Shown one piece after another: positions 48,384 through 57,102 of a DNA stretch of 57,102 nucleotides (the stretch's first letter is position 1; each line of letters starts with the position of its first letter). The notes beneath the pieces were generated by a model. The model was given only the letters and a program-made list of their open reading frames with translations, was not told the origin of the DNA and did no database searches. Position numbers and translations under genes: made by a program. The stretch is from Gemmatimonadaceae bacterium (GTDB taxonomy: Bacteria; Gemmatimonadota; Gemmatimonadetes; Gemmatimonadales; Gemmatimonadaceae), in assembly GCA_035492735.1 (NCBI GenBank), contig DATJIZ010000036.1, forward strand, positions 1-57,102. Reading direction: 5' to 3'.

Positions 48384-49354
48384 CGTGCCATCACGTCGCG
48401 GATGCGCGACAGGCGAAGCGGTGCTTGCGCTTCGCCACGGCAGGCATAGTAGCAGGCATTGCAGTCGATCGGCTGATACTGCCGGAAATCGCGCCAGTGA
48501 AAATCGGTTGGAAAATCGGGGCAGCGCTTGACGTGGCCCGTCGGATCGATGTGAATCGTGCGAATGCCCGACCGACACGGCTCGCGCATCTCGCCGCGAA
48601 GATAGCGTGGAATCTGCTCCAGATAGTAATCGGAGTTGGTGATCACGCCCCGGTGTCGCCGCTTGAGCTCGAGGAGACCGCGAACCACGTCGTCGATGGC
48701 ACCGGCCTGATCGGGCTCGAGAAGGAATTCCCGGTTGCCGTTCTTGGCGTCGGTGTAGACGCTGAAATTCACGCCGGCGCCCAGCGCCCGGGCGGTATCG
48801 ACGATCGGCACGAGCTGGTCGAGATTGTCCTTCTTGATCACGGTGTTGAAGCGAATGTTGTCGATGCCGTTCGCCCGCATGGCCGGAATGACGGCGAGAA
48901 TCCGCGACGTGAGCCCCGGGATCCCGCGCGCGCGATCATGGCGCTCGTCCAGGTAGTCGAGCGAGATGTTGAACTGGTTGACGCCCGCGTCCCAGAGCGA
49001 TCGCGCGCGCTCCACGCTCAGCATGCCGCCGTGCGTGATGAGCGTGATGTACTTGAGCGAGATCGCCGCGTCCACCTCGGCGATCAATTCCTCGAGGTCG
49101 CGCCGCAACGTCGGTTCGCCGCCGGTGAAGGTGACGAGCATCGGATTGAAGTAGCGGGCCGCTTCGGCGTACGTCTTGAGCTCGGCCGACCGGGCCGAGG
49201 CGTCGGTCTTCCAGTAATCGCAAAAGCCGCAGTGCGCGTTGCAGCGCAGCGTCACCTCGAAGTGCACGAGCACCGGACGCCGCCGGACCGTGAGCCATGC
49301 GTACTTGCCAAGAAAGAGTGCGACGTGCCAGGGCTTGAAGCGCGATGAGAGCAC
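48380..49354 (-). CDS. Radical SAM protein with a Cys-rich SPASM/twitch-like C-terminus
   Basis: CNAHCGFC (CxxxCxxC) at aa 38-45, the GGEP motif (TFTGGEPTL), and a C-terminal CRSG...GHVKRC...CNACYYAC cluster. 324 aa with a GTG start. Confidence 0.8.
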   Translation of the reverse strand: MLSSRFKPWHVALFLGKYAWLTVRRRPVLVHFEVTLRCNAHCGFCDYWKTDASARSAELKTYAEAARYFNPMLVTFTGGEPTLRRDLEELIAEVDAAISLKYITLITHGGMLSVERARSLWDAGVNQFNISLDYLDERHDRARGIPGLTSRILAVIPAMRANGIDNIRFNTVIKKDNLDQLVPIVDTARALGAGVNFSVYTDAKNGNREFLLEPDQAGAIDDVVRGLLELKRRHRGVITNSDYYLEQIPRYLRGEMREPCRSGIRTIHIDPTGHVKRCPDFPTDFHWRDFRQYQPIDCNACYYACRGEAQAPLRLSRIRDVMAR

Positions 49355-49416
49355 CGAAGAATGCGCCGCGTTGGTGGATCAGCGTTCGATGCGTCAGCGA
49401 CGCGCGATCGCGACGA

Positions 49417-51126
49417 TCATGCGTCGCGCGCCGCCGGGCCGCGCATGGGAAGCTGAATGCCCTGTTCCTCGGCCGTGCGCAGCGCGATCTCGTACCCGGC
49501 ATCGGCGTGCCGGGCCACGCCAATCCCCGGATCGTTCGTCAGCACGCGCTCGAGACGGACGCGCATCTCGGGCGTGCCGTCGGCCACGATGACCTGGCCC
49601 GCGTGAAGCGAGTTTCCGATGCCGACGCCGCCGCCGTGATGGAACGACACCCACGACGCGCCGCTCGCGGTGTTGAGCAGCGCATTGAGGATCGGCCAGT
49701 CGGCGATCGCGTCGCTGCCGTCGCGCATTGCCTCGGTTTCGCGGAACGGCGAGGCGACGCTGCCCGTGTCGAGGTGGTCTCGACCGATCACGATCGGCGC
49801 CGACAGCTCGCCGCACGCGACCAGATCGTTCAGCGCCACGCCGAAGGCGGCGCGCTCTCCCTGCCCCAGCCAGCAGATGCGCGCCGGCAGCCCCTGGAAG
49901 TGAACGCGCTCTCGGGCGATCGTGATCCAGCGGCGAAGGTGCTCGTCGTGCGGGAAGAGCTCGAGCACAAGCTCGTCGGTGCGCGCCAGATCGCGCGGAT
50001 CGCCCGAGAGCGCCACCCAGCGGAACGGTCCCTTCCCCGCGCAGAACAGCGGCCGGATGTATTCGGGAACGAAGCCGGGAATCTCGAATGCATCGCGAAC
50101 GCCGTTGTCCAGGGCGACCGTACGGATGTTGTTGCCATAATCGAACGCGATCGCACCGCGCTTCTGCATCGTCAGCATCGCGGTCACGTGCTCGACGATC
50201 GACGCGTTCGCCCGCCGCACGTACTCTTGCGGGTCCAGCGCGCGCAATGCGAGTGCGTCCTCGAGCGACATGCCGCGCGGTACGTAGCCGTTGAGCGTGT
50301 CGTGGGCGCTCGTCTGGTCGGTGAGCACGTCGGGAGTGACTCCGCGACCAACGAGCTCGGGAAGCACGTCGGCTGCGTTCCCGACGAGCCCTACCGACAG
50401 CGCCCGTCTCGCGGCGGTCGCCTCGCGAATCCAGGCGAGCGCCTCGTCGAGGTCGCGGGTCTTGCGGTCGCAGTAGCCGGTGTCGAGCCGCTTGTCCACG
50501 CGTGACTCGTCGACCTCGACGGCGAGCATGGCACCGCCGTGCATCGTGGCGGCGAGCGGCTGCGCACCGCCCATTCCGCCGAGTCCGGCCGTGAGCACGA
50601 AGCATCCGGCGAGCGAGCCATTGAAGTGCGCGCGGGCCACGGCGCCGAAGGTCTCGTACGTCCCCTGAAGGATGCCCTGTGATCCGATGTAGATCCACGA
50701 ACCCGCGGTCATCTGGCCGTACATGATCAGGCCCAACCGCTCCAGCTCGCGGAAGTAGTCCCAATTGGCCCAGCGGCCGACCAGATTGCTGTTGGCGATC
50801 AGCACGCGCGGCGCAGACGCGTGCGTCCGAAACACGCCGACCGGCTTGCCGCTCTGAATCAGCAGCGTCTCGTCGTTGTCCAGCCGGCGCAGCGTGGCGA
50901 CGATCGCATCGAACGCTTCCCAACTGCGCGCGGCCCGTCCGGTCCCGCCGTACACCACCAGATCATCCGGCCGTTCAGCGACCTCGGGGTCGAGATTGTT
51001 CATGAGCATCCGCAGCGCCGCCTCCTGCTGCCAGCCCTTGCACGAGAGGGCGGAGCCCCGGGGCGCGCGGACTGTTCGCGGCTCATGCCGGGCGTCCCTC
51101 GCCGGCTCGGTCATCATCGAAGACAT
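49417..51126 (-). CDS. hutU: Urocanate hydratase
   Basis: ATG 51126. [40 protein letters not shown] and [24 protein letters not shown]. 569 aa. Confidence 0.95.
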   Translation of the reverse strand: MSSMMTEPARDARHEPRTVRAPRGSALSCKGWQQEAALRMLMNNLDPEVAERPDDLVVYGGTGRAARSWEAFDAIVATLRRLDNDETLLIQSGKPVGVFRTHASAPRVLIANSNLVGRWANWDYFRELERLGLIMYGQMTAGSWIYIGSQGILQGTYETFGAVARAHFNGSLAGCFVLTAGLGGMGGAQPLAATMHGGAMLAVEVDESRVDKRLDTGYCDRKTRDLDEALAWIREATAARRALSVGLVGNAADVLPELVGRGVTPDVLTDQTSAHDTLNGYVPRGMSLEDALALRALDPQEYVRRANASIVEHVTAMLTMQKRGAIAFDYGNNIRTVALDNGVRDAFEIPGFVPEYIRPLFCAGKGPFRWVALSGDPRDLARTDELVLELFPHDEHLRRWITIARERVHFQGLPARICWLGQGERAAFGVALNDLVACGELSAPIVIGRDHLDTGSVASPFRETEAMRDGSDAIADWPILNALLNTASGASWVSFHHGGGVGIGNSLHAGQVIVADGTPEMRVRLERVLTNDPGIGVARHADAGYEIALRTAEEQGIQLPMRGPAARDA

Positions 51127-51128
51127 CG

Positions 51129-52649
51129 TCAACTCACCATGATCGGAGCGGAGATCTCGTCGTCCTGGAGGGCTTGCGCCAGCCGCTCGATGTCGCCTGA
51201 CAGCACACGGTCGCTGCCGAGCGGCGGCACGAGCGCACGGATCGCCGCGTGCGCGCGCGCCACGCCGCGCCCGGGCTTGAGCGGCGCGCGATAATCCACG
51301 CCCTGCGCCGCGCACATCAACTCGATCGCCAGCACGTACCGTACGTTGCGCACGACCCGGCGCAGCTTCCAGGCCGCGGCCATCGCCATCGGAACCACGT
51401 CTTCCTTGTTACCGTCGGTGGGAATCGTATCGACGCTCGCCGGGTGCGCGAGCACCTTGCACTCGCTGGCCAATGATGCCGCCGTGACTTGCGCCATCAT
51501 GAAGCCCGAGCTGACGCCGGCGTCGCGCGTGAGAAATGGTGGCAGTCCCTGATTGAGATCGGGGTTCACGAGCCGGTCGATCCGGCGCTCGGAGATCGTC
51601 GCGAGATTGGTCAGCGCGATGGCCAGGAAGTCGAGCGCCATCGCAACGGACTGGCCGTGGAAGTTGCCGCCGCTCAACAGGTCGCCATCGTCGAACACGA
51701 GCGGATTGTCCGTGCCTGCGTTGAGCTCGCGGCCGATCACCGCCGCCGCGAAGTCGATGGCGTCGAGCACTGGCCCGTGCACCTGCGGCATGCAGCGGAG
51801 CGCGTAGGCATCCTGGACGCGTGGGTCGCCGTGCCGGTGCGACTCGCGGATCTCGCTCCCCGCGAGCAGCTCGCGAAGCAGTGCGGCGGATGCCGCCTGC
51901 CCGAGCTGGCCGCGAACGTCCTGGATTCTTGGGTCGAACGCCACCGGCGTGCCGAGCAGTGCCTCGAGCGACATCGCGCCGGCGACGTGCGCCGTGCGCC
52001 AGAGCGAGTGCGCATCCATCAGGGCGAGCGCGCCGATGCCAGTGTGCGCCTGTGTGCCGTTGATCAGGGTCAGCCCTTCCTTGGTGCCGAGCGTCATCGG
52101 CTCCAGGCCCGCGGCGCGGAGCATGTCGCGCGCGGGACCTTCGATCGCTCCACACCGCAGAGTCCCTTCGCCGATCAGCGACAGTGCGAGGTGGGCCAGC
52201 GGCGCCAGATCGCCGCTCGCGCCAACGCTGCCCTGCTCCGGTACCTCGGGATAGAGTCCCGCGTTCAGCATGCGGGCGAGCAGCTCGGCAAGCTCGATCC
52301 GTGCACCCGAGTAGCCTTTGCTGATCACGTTCGCCCGGAGCAGCATCATCGCGCGCACCTCGCGCTCCGGCAGCGGGTCGCCGACGCCGGCGGCGTGGCT
52401 GCGCACGAGGTTGACCTGGAGCTCCGCGAGGCGAGCGGGCGGAATCGCGATCTCCGACAACTTGCCGAACCCAGTGGTGACGCCATAGGCGACCGCATTC
52501 GACGCAACCAGGCGGTCGACCACCCTTCGCGCGGCGCCGGCGCGCTGACGCGCCGAGGGGGCGACCGACACCGGGATGCGGTGGCGGGCCACGGCCGCGA
52601 CCTGCTCCAGCGTCAACGAATTGCCATCGATCACGACTTCGTCAGCCAT
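51129..52649 (-). CDS. hutH: Histidine ammonia-lyase
   Basis: ATG 52649. [10 protein letters not shown] and [15 protein letters not shown] (the MIO-forming ASG triad). 506 aa. Confidence 0.95.
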   Translation of the reverse strand: MADEVVIDGNSLTLEQVAAVARHRIPVSVAPSARQRAGAARRVVDRLVASNAVAYGVTTGFGKLSEIAIPPARLAELQVNLVRSHAAGVGDPLPEREVRAMMLLRANVISKGYSGARIELAELLARMLNAGLYPEVPEQGSVGASGDLAPLAHLALSLIGEGTLRCGAIEGPARDMLRAAGLEPMTLGTKEGLTLINGTQAHTGIGALALMDAHSLWRTAHVAGAMSLEALLGTPVAFDPRIQDVRGQLGQAASAALLRELLAGSEIRESHRHGDPRVQDAYALRCMPQVHGPVLDAIDFAAAVIGRELNAGTDNPLVFDDGDLLSGGNFHGQSVAMALDFLAIALTNLATISERRIDRLVNPDLNQGLPPFLTRDAGVSSGFMMAQVTAASLASECKVLAHPASVDTIPTDGNKEDVVPMAMAAAWKLRRVVRNVRYVLAIELMCAAQGVDYRAPLKPGRGVARAHAAIRALVPPLGSDRVLSGDIERLAQALQDDEISAPIMVS

Positions 52650-52698
52650 GATCGGGAATGTCGGTACCGCCCTGCGACAATTCAAGTGAGCGCGTGGC

Positions 52699-53817
52699 TC
52701 AGTCGGCGCGGAGCCCTCCAATGCTCGAGCGCGACAGCTCCGGATTTCCGATCGCGCTCTGGTACGACCAATCGAACACGACGTAATCAGCCGTCACGAA
52801 CGCGACTCGGACGGCGGCGAAGTGCACGCCATCGGATTTCTGCAGCTTGAACACGTAGCCAAAGCCCGGTCGCAGCTGCAGCGCGGTACCCGCGAAGCCA
52901 GCGGCCGGCGCGCGATCAATCGATGTGAGCTCGATGACCGGCTGCGTCGAGTAGAGCGCGACCGTCGATCCACTTCTGGCCGGCACGATCCACAACGTGC
53001 CGTCGCTGTGCCGTTCGACCGCGAAATCGAGATCCGTGCGAGCCGCGGCCGCGACGACGCCAAGGGCATGCGACGTTTCGTCGAGAAACAGGAAGCCGGA
53101 GCTGTCGGCGCGGGCCGCGGTCGCGTAGACGAGAACGTTCCGCGCGTCGAACCGCGGGGTGTCGAGACGTGCGTCGCTCCACTGGCTTTCGTGCCCGTCG
53201 CGTGTCACCGTGCTGACGGCGAAGCAACGCGACGACCCATTCACGAGATTCCCGGAGAGAAAGCCGTCCGACGCCGTCGTTCCCTCGAGCACCCAGTTCG
53301 AGGTACAGACGCCGCGGCTGCCGTCGTAGGTGGTCGAGTAGACGCGGTAGTGGTCGAACGCGCCGTGCAGGGCATCGACGGCGTTGCTGTTCCACGCGAG
53401 CTGGATCGCGGTGTTGAGCGAGATCGTGCGCAGCCCGAGAGGCGCGGGAACGGTGGCATGCAGATCGATCGAGATGGTGTTCGATCGGCCCATCTCATCG
53501 CCCTGGTCGTCGCGCGCGGCGACGTAGTATTCGAGATCTGGTACGCCGGCGTCGTGAAAGGTCGGCGACGTCGTGGTCGCGCGAAGCTGCCACTGTCCGC
53601 CCGGGCCGGTTCTTCCGTATACGTTGAAGGACGCCGCGCGGCCGCTTCGCGGGACGTCCCAGACGAGCAACACGGCGAGCGGTGCGGTCGGATCGCCACT
53701 CGGCGTGAGCTGGTAGGTGAGGTTCGCGGGCGCGTCGGGATCGCCGCCGGGACCGACGAGATCTTCGCATGCCGCGAGCGCCACGAGCGCGGCAACCGCC
53801 AGACGAGAGAGGCGCAT
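52699..53817 (-). CDS. Hypothetical lipoprotein with fibronectin-III-like repeats
   Basis: ATG 53817 gives MRLSRLAVAALVALAAC (lipobox). Two FN3-like segments follow (PANLTYQL...VWDVP...FNVYGR; PLGLRTISLNTAIQLAWNSN...HYRVYS), then a beta-rich C-terminal domain. Confidence 0.6.
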   Translation of the reverse strand: MRLSRLAVAALVALAACEDLVGPGGDPDAPANLTYQLTPSGDPTAPLAVLLVWDVPRSGRAASFNVYGRTGPGGQWQLRATTTSPTFHDAGVPDLEYYVAARDDQGDEMGRSNTISIDLHATVPAPLGLRTISLNTAIQLAWNSNAVDALHGAFDHYRVYSTTYDGSRGVCTSNWVLEGTTASDGFLSGNLVNGSSRCFAVSTVTRDGHESQWSDARLDTPRFDARNVLVYATAARADSSGFLFLDETSHALGVVAAAARTDLDFAVERHSDGTLWIVPARSGSTVALYSTQPVIELTSIDRAPAAGFAGTALQLRPGFGYVFKLQKSDGVHFAAVRVAFVTADYVVFDWSYQSAIGNPELSRSSIGGLRAD

Positions 53818-54282
53818 CTGTGCTCCGGGTGGGATGCACCGGCCCACTGAGCACACGGCGCGCCGAGACCGTCAAAGACCTAAGCGATTGTCGGAGCGCA
53901 CCTTCCCAAGCGTACCGCTCCTCGCGGCGTCCCAAGACGTGGACAATCGGCTGGCCAAATTTGAGGAACTGACGAGCGCCGAGACGCTCCTAGGTCGAGG
54001 GTGGGTGATGCCATTAGACGGATTCGACTGCCGGATCCAACGAATCGTTCGTCGATCGCGCCGCCGTCCCCTCGCAACGCGAGAAGTGGGACTTTGTGAG
54101 ACTGCTGCTTAGGCGGGCCTCGCCGTCCCGAGGCAGTCCCCAAAAAATCATCGGCTCGCTGCGCACGGTGTCAGTCGAGTCGGAGAAGCGATCAGCGTTG
54201 ATTCGGCTGTCAGATTCGATAAATCCGCACCACTCCCACGTTCTTAGGAGCCAGACCGCCCCGTCGCTACAAAAACCGAGCG

Positions 54283-57102
54283 CTAGAAAGACCCCGACCG
54301 CACCGTTGCGCGGTTGTAGTCGAACTTGATGTCCGGCTCCGCCTTGAGCGCGATCGTGAAGTTGAACGCGAAGTTGCCGTTGGTCGACTGGGTGAAGCCG
54401 AAGATGGCGCGCCAGTCGTGCAGCTCACGCTGTAATTGCACGATGTGCTGCGCAAACTCGTGGTGCTCGATATCGTAGGTCGTCGTCCAGTGCGCCGCCC
54501 ACTTGGGCGTGAGGCTGAAGCTGATGTCGGAGTTGAGCGACGTCGTGGGCGGGATGTTATAGGCCGGGCCGCCCGCCGTCGACGAGCCGACCGGCGTATC
54601 GATCGTCGGCTGCGCCCGCTGTGACGCGAGGCATGCGTCGAGCAACAGGGGGTTATTGCCCGCGATCTGTTGGCAGCGCGCCTGCGGGTCGAAGTCGATC
54701 ACGTTGCTCCCCGGCTTGGGCGGCCGAGGGCTCGATCGGGTGAGACTGAAAGAAGCCGTCCAGCCCTGAGTCGGTGGGACGATGAATCGGTCGCCGCCCC
54801 GCACGCTGCCGGCGACCGGCTGTGCCGCGAGCGCCTGTTGCTGTGCCAGATCCTGCGGCGGCCGCACCTGCTCGGTTCCCGTCGTCGGCGCTTTGGGCGG
54901 CGCCGGCACGGCGCGGCCGAACAGCTTGGCGAAGAGAACGAACGGATTCTGGTCGCGGCTGAACCGCAGCGACGCCGACACGTTGGTGAGATACGGCTTG
55001 AACTGGGCGGTGTCGCTGAGCGTGCTGCCGAGGAAGAGCGAGTACTGGCTGGAGAAGTCGAAGCCGGGGAGCAGATCGGACCGGAGCGAGTAGCCCCAGC
55101 TTTCGGTGGTCAGGCCGGCGATTGGCTTGTGGCCTTTCGCCCGTTCGAAGTCGTAGCTGAGCGGCGTAAAGTTCAACGACAGGAGGTCGATCTTGTCGGC
55201 GCTCTCGGGATTGGAGTCGTTCTTCGGGCGGATCTTCGCCTGGAAGAGTTGAGTCAAGCCAAAGGTGATGTTGTTCTGCGCCAGGTTCGTGAACGAGTTG
55301 GCGCGGGTCCGCCCGAGCGCCTCGAGATACTCGTCGCTCACGTTCGCCTTCGGGGCCCACGAATAGCTGATCGTCGGCGTGATCGAATGCCTGATGCGCG
55401 AGAACGGGCCGAAGCCCGGGAACAGACCGAACAGCGTCGGCGAGGCCGACATGCCGAGCGAGACGCGCTTGCCCTGATGCACGTAGTGTCCGTTCGTGCG
55501 CTCGGACGCGACCCAGTACGGACCGGGGTCGATGTTCTGCAGGCTGAGGGTGGGCGACAGATTGAACTTGTTGCGGGCGATCGGCGGAAGGGTGAAATCG
55601 GGATTCCAGTCGATCGAGGATCGATAGGTTGCCGCATACACCCGTGTGTCGGTCGGCAGGCCGGTGTTGACGTCGTAGAGCGTGAACTTCTGCGGAAAGT
55701 TCTGGCGCTCCTGGGTGATGCGGAACGAATTTCTCAAGTCCCAGCCGAAGATCTGGAGCGGCATGCCGACGTCGATCGAGGCGTTCGACGCGCTCCGGTT
55801 CTTCGCCAGCGCGCTATCGCGCACGCCCGTCGCCGGATCGATGCTGTAGACGTAGGCGCCGATCCCCGGCTGGTCCATGCGGAGCACATCGTGCCGCGAG
55901 TAGCTGAAGCTCGGCGTCCAGCTGAAGACCTGACCGAGCTTGATCGGCGTCGACGTGAGGCTGATCGTGGGGAGCGTCTGATCCACTTGCTGGCGGCCGG
56001 GGTACTGCGTGCGCGTCGCGCCGAGGCTGACCGACGACGGTCCGATCTTGGTCTGATACGAGATCTGTGATGCGATCGTCGCCAGCGCCGTATAGGGGTT
56101 GAACGTGTTCTGGCGCTGGAGCGTGGTGCTCGTGACGTAGTTCACGTTCGTGTTCAGCCGGCTGTTCCGCGAGAACTCCTGCTGGTGATTCCAACTCACC
56201 GCCGTGTTCGTGTGCCCGTCGCGCTGGGAGGTGTGGGCCAGCCCGATGCGGCCTGCCATGAACCGGTCGAGCCACTTGTAATTGAAGTCCGAGTTGAGGC
56301 GCAGCCAGCCCGGGTCGTTCTCCGTGGCGCCGGCGGAGCTTCGCCAGTCCAGCCAAGTGGCGAAATCCATGTAATCGCTCAACGCCCAATAGTAGCCCAC
56401 GTGCTCGACGTTGCGCCGGTAGGTGGGGCTGTTGCGCACCACGTCGCCGAGCCCGAATTGCGGGGGCAGGATTCCGCTGTGCCGCCCGTTCCGCGTGTCG
56501 CTGAAGATGAACGGGAACCACATCACCGGGATGTCCTTGATGTAGAGCATGACATCGCGCGCCACGAGCGTGTTGCCCGCGGTCCGTTTGGCTTCGCGAT
56601 ACACGAACTTGTAATCGGGAATGCTGTCGTTGCAGCTGGTGAGCGAGCCCGGTTTCGGCACGTAGACCGTCGGCGATGCCTTGCCGTTCGCGCTGTCCTG
56701 CACCACCTCGGCGAGGGCGACGTCCATGTACCACATCTCGCCGTTGTTGACGGGGAGACGCGCGTTCGTCACGCGCACGGAGCGCCGCGCGAGATTGTAG
56801 TCGACACGACCCAGCCCGATGATGTCCGCCTGTCCACTGTTCGGCGGCGGAGTCAGGACGTAGTGCCCGCCCGTGGTCACCTTCCGGGTGGTCTCGGTGT
56901 AGTAGATGCCGCTGTCGCTCACCACCACCTGCGAGTCGCGATCGACTACGGCGAGTCGCTTCTTTCCGGCCGCGAGGAGGTCGAGTGCGTGCGTCTTCGC
57001 GTTGAAGAACGCCGTTTCACCCACGTATCGGGTGATCGTGTAGCCCGGCACGTTGAGCAGCCGCAGCGCAATGGAGTCGGGCTTCGGCCAGTGCACGACG
57101 TG
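54283..57102 (-). CDS. lptD: LPS-assembly outer membrane protein LptD (OstA)-like; 5' end beyond the window
   Basis: The frame is open to the window edge. YIKDIPVMWFPFIFSDTRNGRHSGILPPQFG and VGYYWALSDYMDFATWLDW parallel the E. coli LptD barrel-start motifs. It is long and beta-rich, with an aromatic C-terminus (ATVRSGSF). Confidence 0.75.
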   Translation of the reverse strand, partial: HVVHWPKPDSIALRLLNVPGYTITRYVGETAFFNAKTHALDLLAAGKKRLAVVDRDSQVVVSDSGIYYTETTRKVTTGGHYVLTPPPNSGQADIIGLGRVDYNLARRSVRVTNARLPVNNGEMWYMDVALAEVVQDSANGKASPTVYVPKPGSLTSCNDSIPDYKFVYREAKRTAGNTLVARDVMLYIKDIPVMWFPFIFSDTRNGRHSGILPPQFGLGDVVRNSPTYRRNVEHVGYYWALSDYMDFATWLDWRSSAGATENDPGWLRLNSDFNYKWLDRFMAGRIGLAHTSQRDGHTNTAVSWNHQQEFSRNSRLNTNVNYVTSTTLQRQNTFNPYTALATIASQISYQTKIGPSSVSLGATRTQYPGRQQVDQTLPTISLTSTPIKLGQVFSWTPSFSYSRHDVLRMDQPGIGAYVYSIDPATGVRDSALAKNRSASNASIDVGMPLQIFGWDLRNSFRITQERQNFPQKFTLYDVNTGLPTDTRVYAATYRSSIDWNPDFTLPPIARNKFNLSPTLSLQNIDPGPYWVASERTNGHYVHQGKRVSLGMSASPTLFGLFPGFGPFSRIRHSITPTISYSWAPKANVSDEYLEALGRTRANSFTNLAQNNITFGLTQLFQAKIRPKNDSNPESADKIDLLSLNFTPLSYDFERAKGHKPIAGLTTESWGYSLRSDLLPGFDFSSQYSLFLGSTLSDTAQFKPYLTNVSASLRFSRDQNPFVLFAKLFGRAVPAPPKAPTTGTEQVRPPQDLAQQQALAAQPVAGSVRGGDRFIVPPTQGWTASFSLTRSSPRPPKPGSNVIDFDPQARCQQIAGNNPLLLDACLASQRAQPTIDTPVGSSTAGGPAYNIPPTTSLNSDISFSLTPKWAAHWTTTYDIEHHEFAQHIVQLQRELHDWRAIFGFTQSTNGNFAFNFTIALKAEPDIKFDYNRATVRSGSF

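Noticed and set aside
52650-52698. TTGAAT-N17-GACATT element immediately upstream of the hutH ATG as a leaderless-mRNA promoter
   Set aside because: The -10 match is weak (3 of 6). hutH may simply be co-transcribed with the upstream lipoprotein gene. There is not enough evidence to list it as a feature.
53880-54329. Short ORFs 53880..54143 (-) and 54096..54329 (+) in the large intergenic gap
   Set aside because: They have no SD or start context, Arg/Ser-rich or low-complexity translations, overlap each other, and have poor GC3. I treated the region as non-coding.

Overview
This is a high-GC chromosomal window (roughly 68-70% by eye) from a diderm bacterium. LptD, an Mla/MCE-type ABC system, a PpiD-like chaperone and TatA are all present. 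The style resembles Gemmatimonadota-like lineages, but I cannot verify that without a search.

Coding density is very high and almost everything is on the minus strand. Many neighbouring genes are joined by ATGA, GTGA or TGATG stop/start overlaps. Gene order along + coordinates:
- mutS2 (5' part), yqeY, rpsU, HIT, rsmE, prmA, dnaJ, hrcA, hemW, dprA, obg
- CMD-family protein, asparaginase-II family, EamA transporter
- MCE/MlaD-like, MlaF-like and MlaE-like genes, then (+ strand) a heptose-7-P kinase, tRNA-Met(CAT) and tRNA-Val(CAC)
- hflX, LEA_2 lipoprotein, rarA, ZIP transporter, hypothetical, cca
- (+ strand) an orphan hypothetical
- type I asparaginase, SDR, gmhA, PHP phosphatase, small acidic hypothetical, alaS
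- recX, recA, yraN, secreted protein, ftsK, ComB-family protein, accC, pilT, accB, pepP, aroQ
- TPR-acidic protein 1, (+ strand) a ppiD-like gene, tatA, DUF4321-like protein, ispB-like gene, TPR-acidic protein 2
- hutI, radical SAM gene, hutU, hutH, FN3-like lipoprotein, lptD (5' end off the window)

I saw no CRISPR array, rRNA, IS element, integrase or prophage signature, and no obvious defence island.

The supplied ORF track prints M for GTG and TTG starts. I verified this at 442, 16447 and 27991. It also reports the longest ORF, so many track ORFs carry Arg-rich false N-terminal extensions, which I trimmed using recognisable protein N-termini and neighbour stop codons.

The most unusual observations are organisational:
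1. A PilT-family ATPase is translationally wedged between accB and accC.
2. A radical SAM/SPASM-like enzyme sits inside a hutH-hutU-X-hutI cluster that has no hutG or hutF nearby.
3. The conserved HflX N-domain is encoded with no ATG/GTG/TTG start, in frame behind the TAG stop of the upstream lipoprotein gene.
4. Two large TPR / acidic disordered linker / TPR proteins share short linear motifs. Each is stop/start-overlapped with a downstream housekeeping enzyme gene.
5. An alaS-led chain of overlapping genes contains gmhA next to a PHP-family phosphatase.

All functional calls rest on motif and family recognition by eye, not on database searches.
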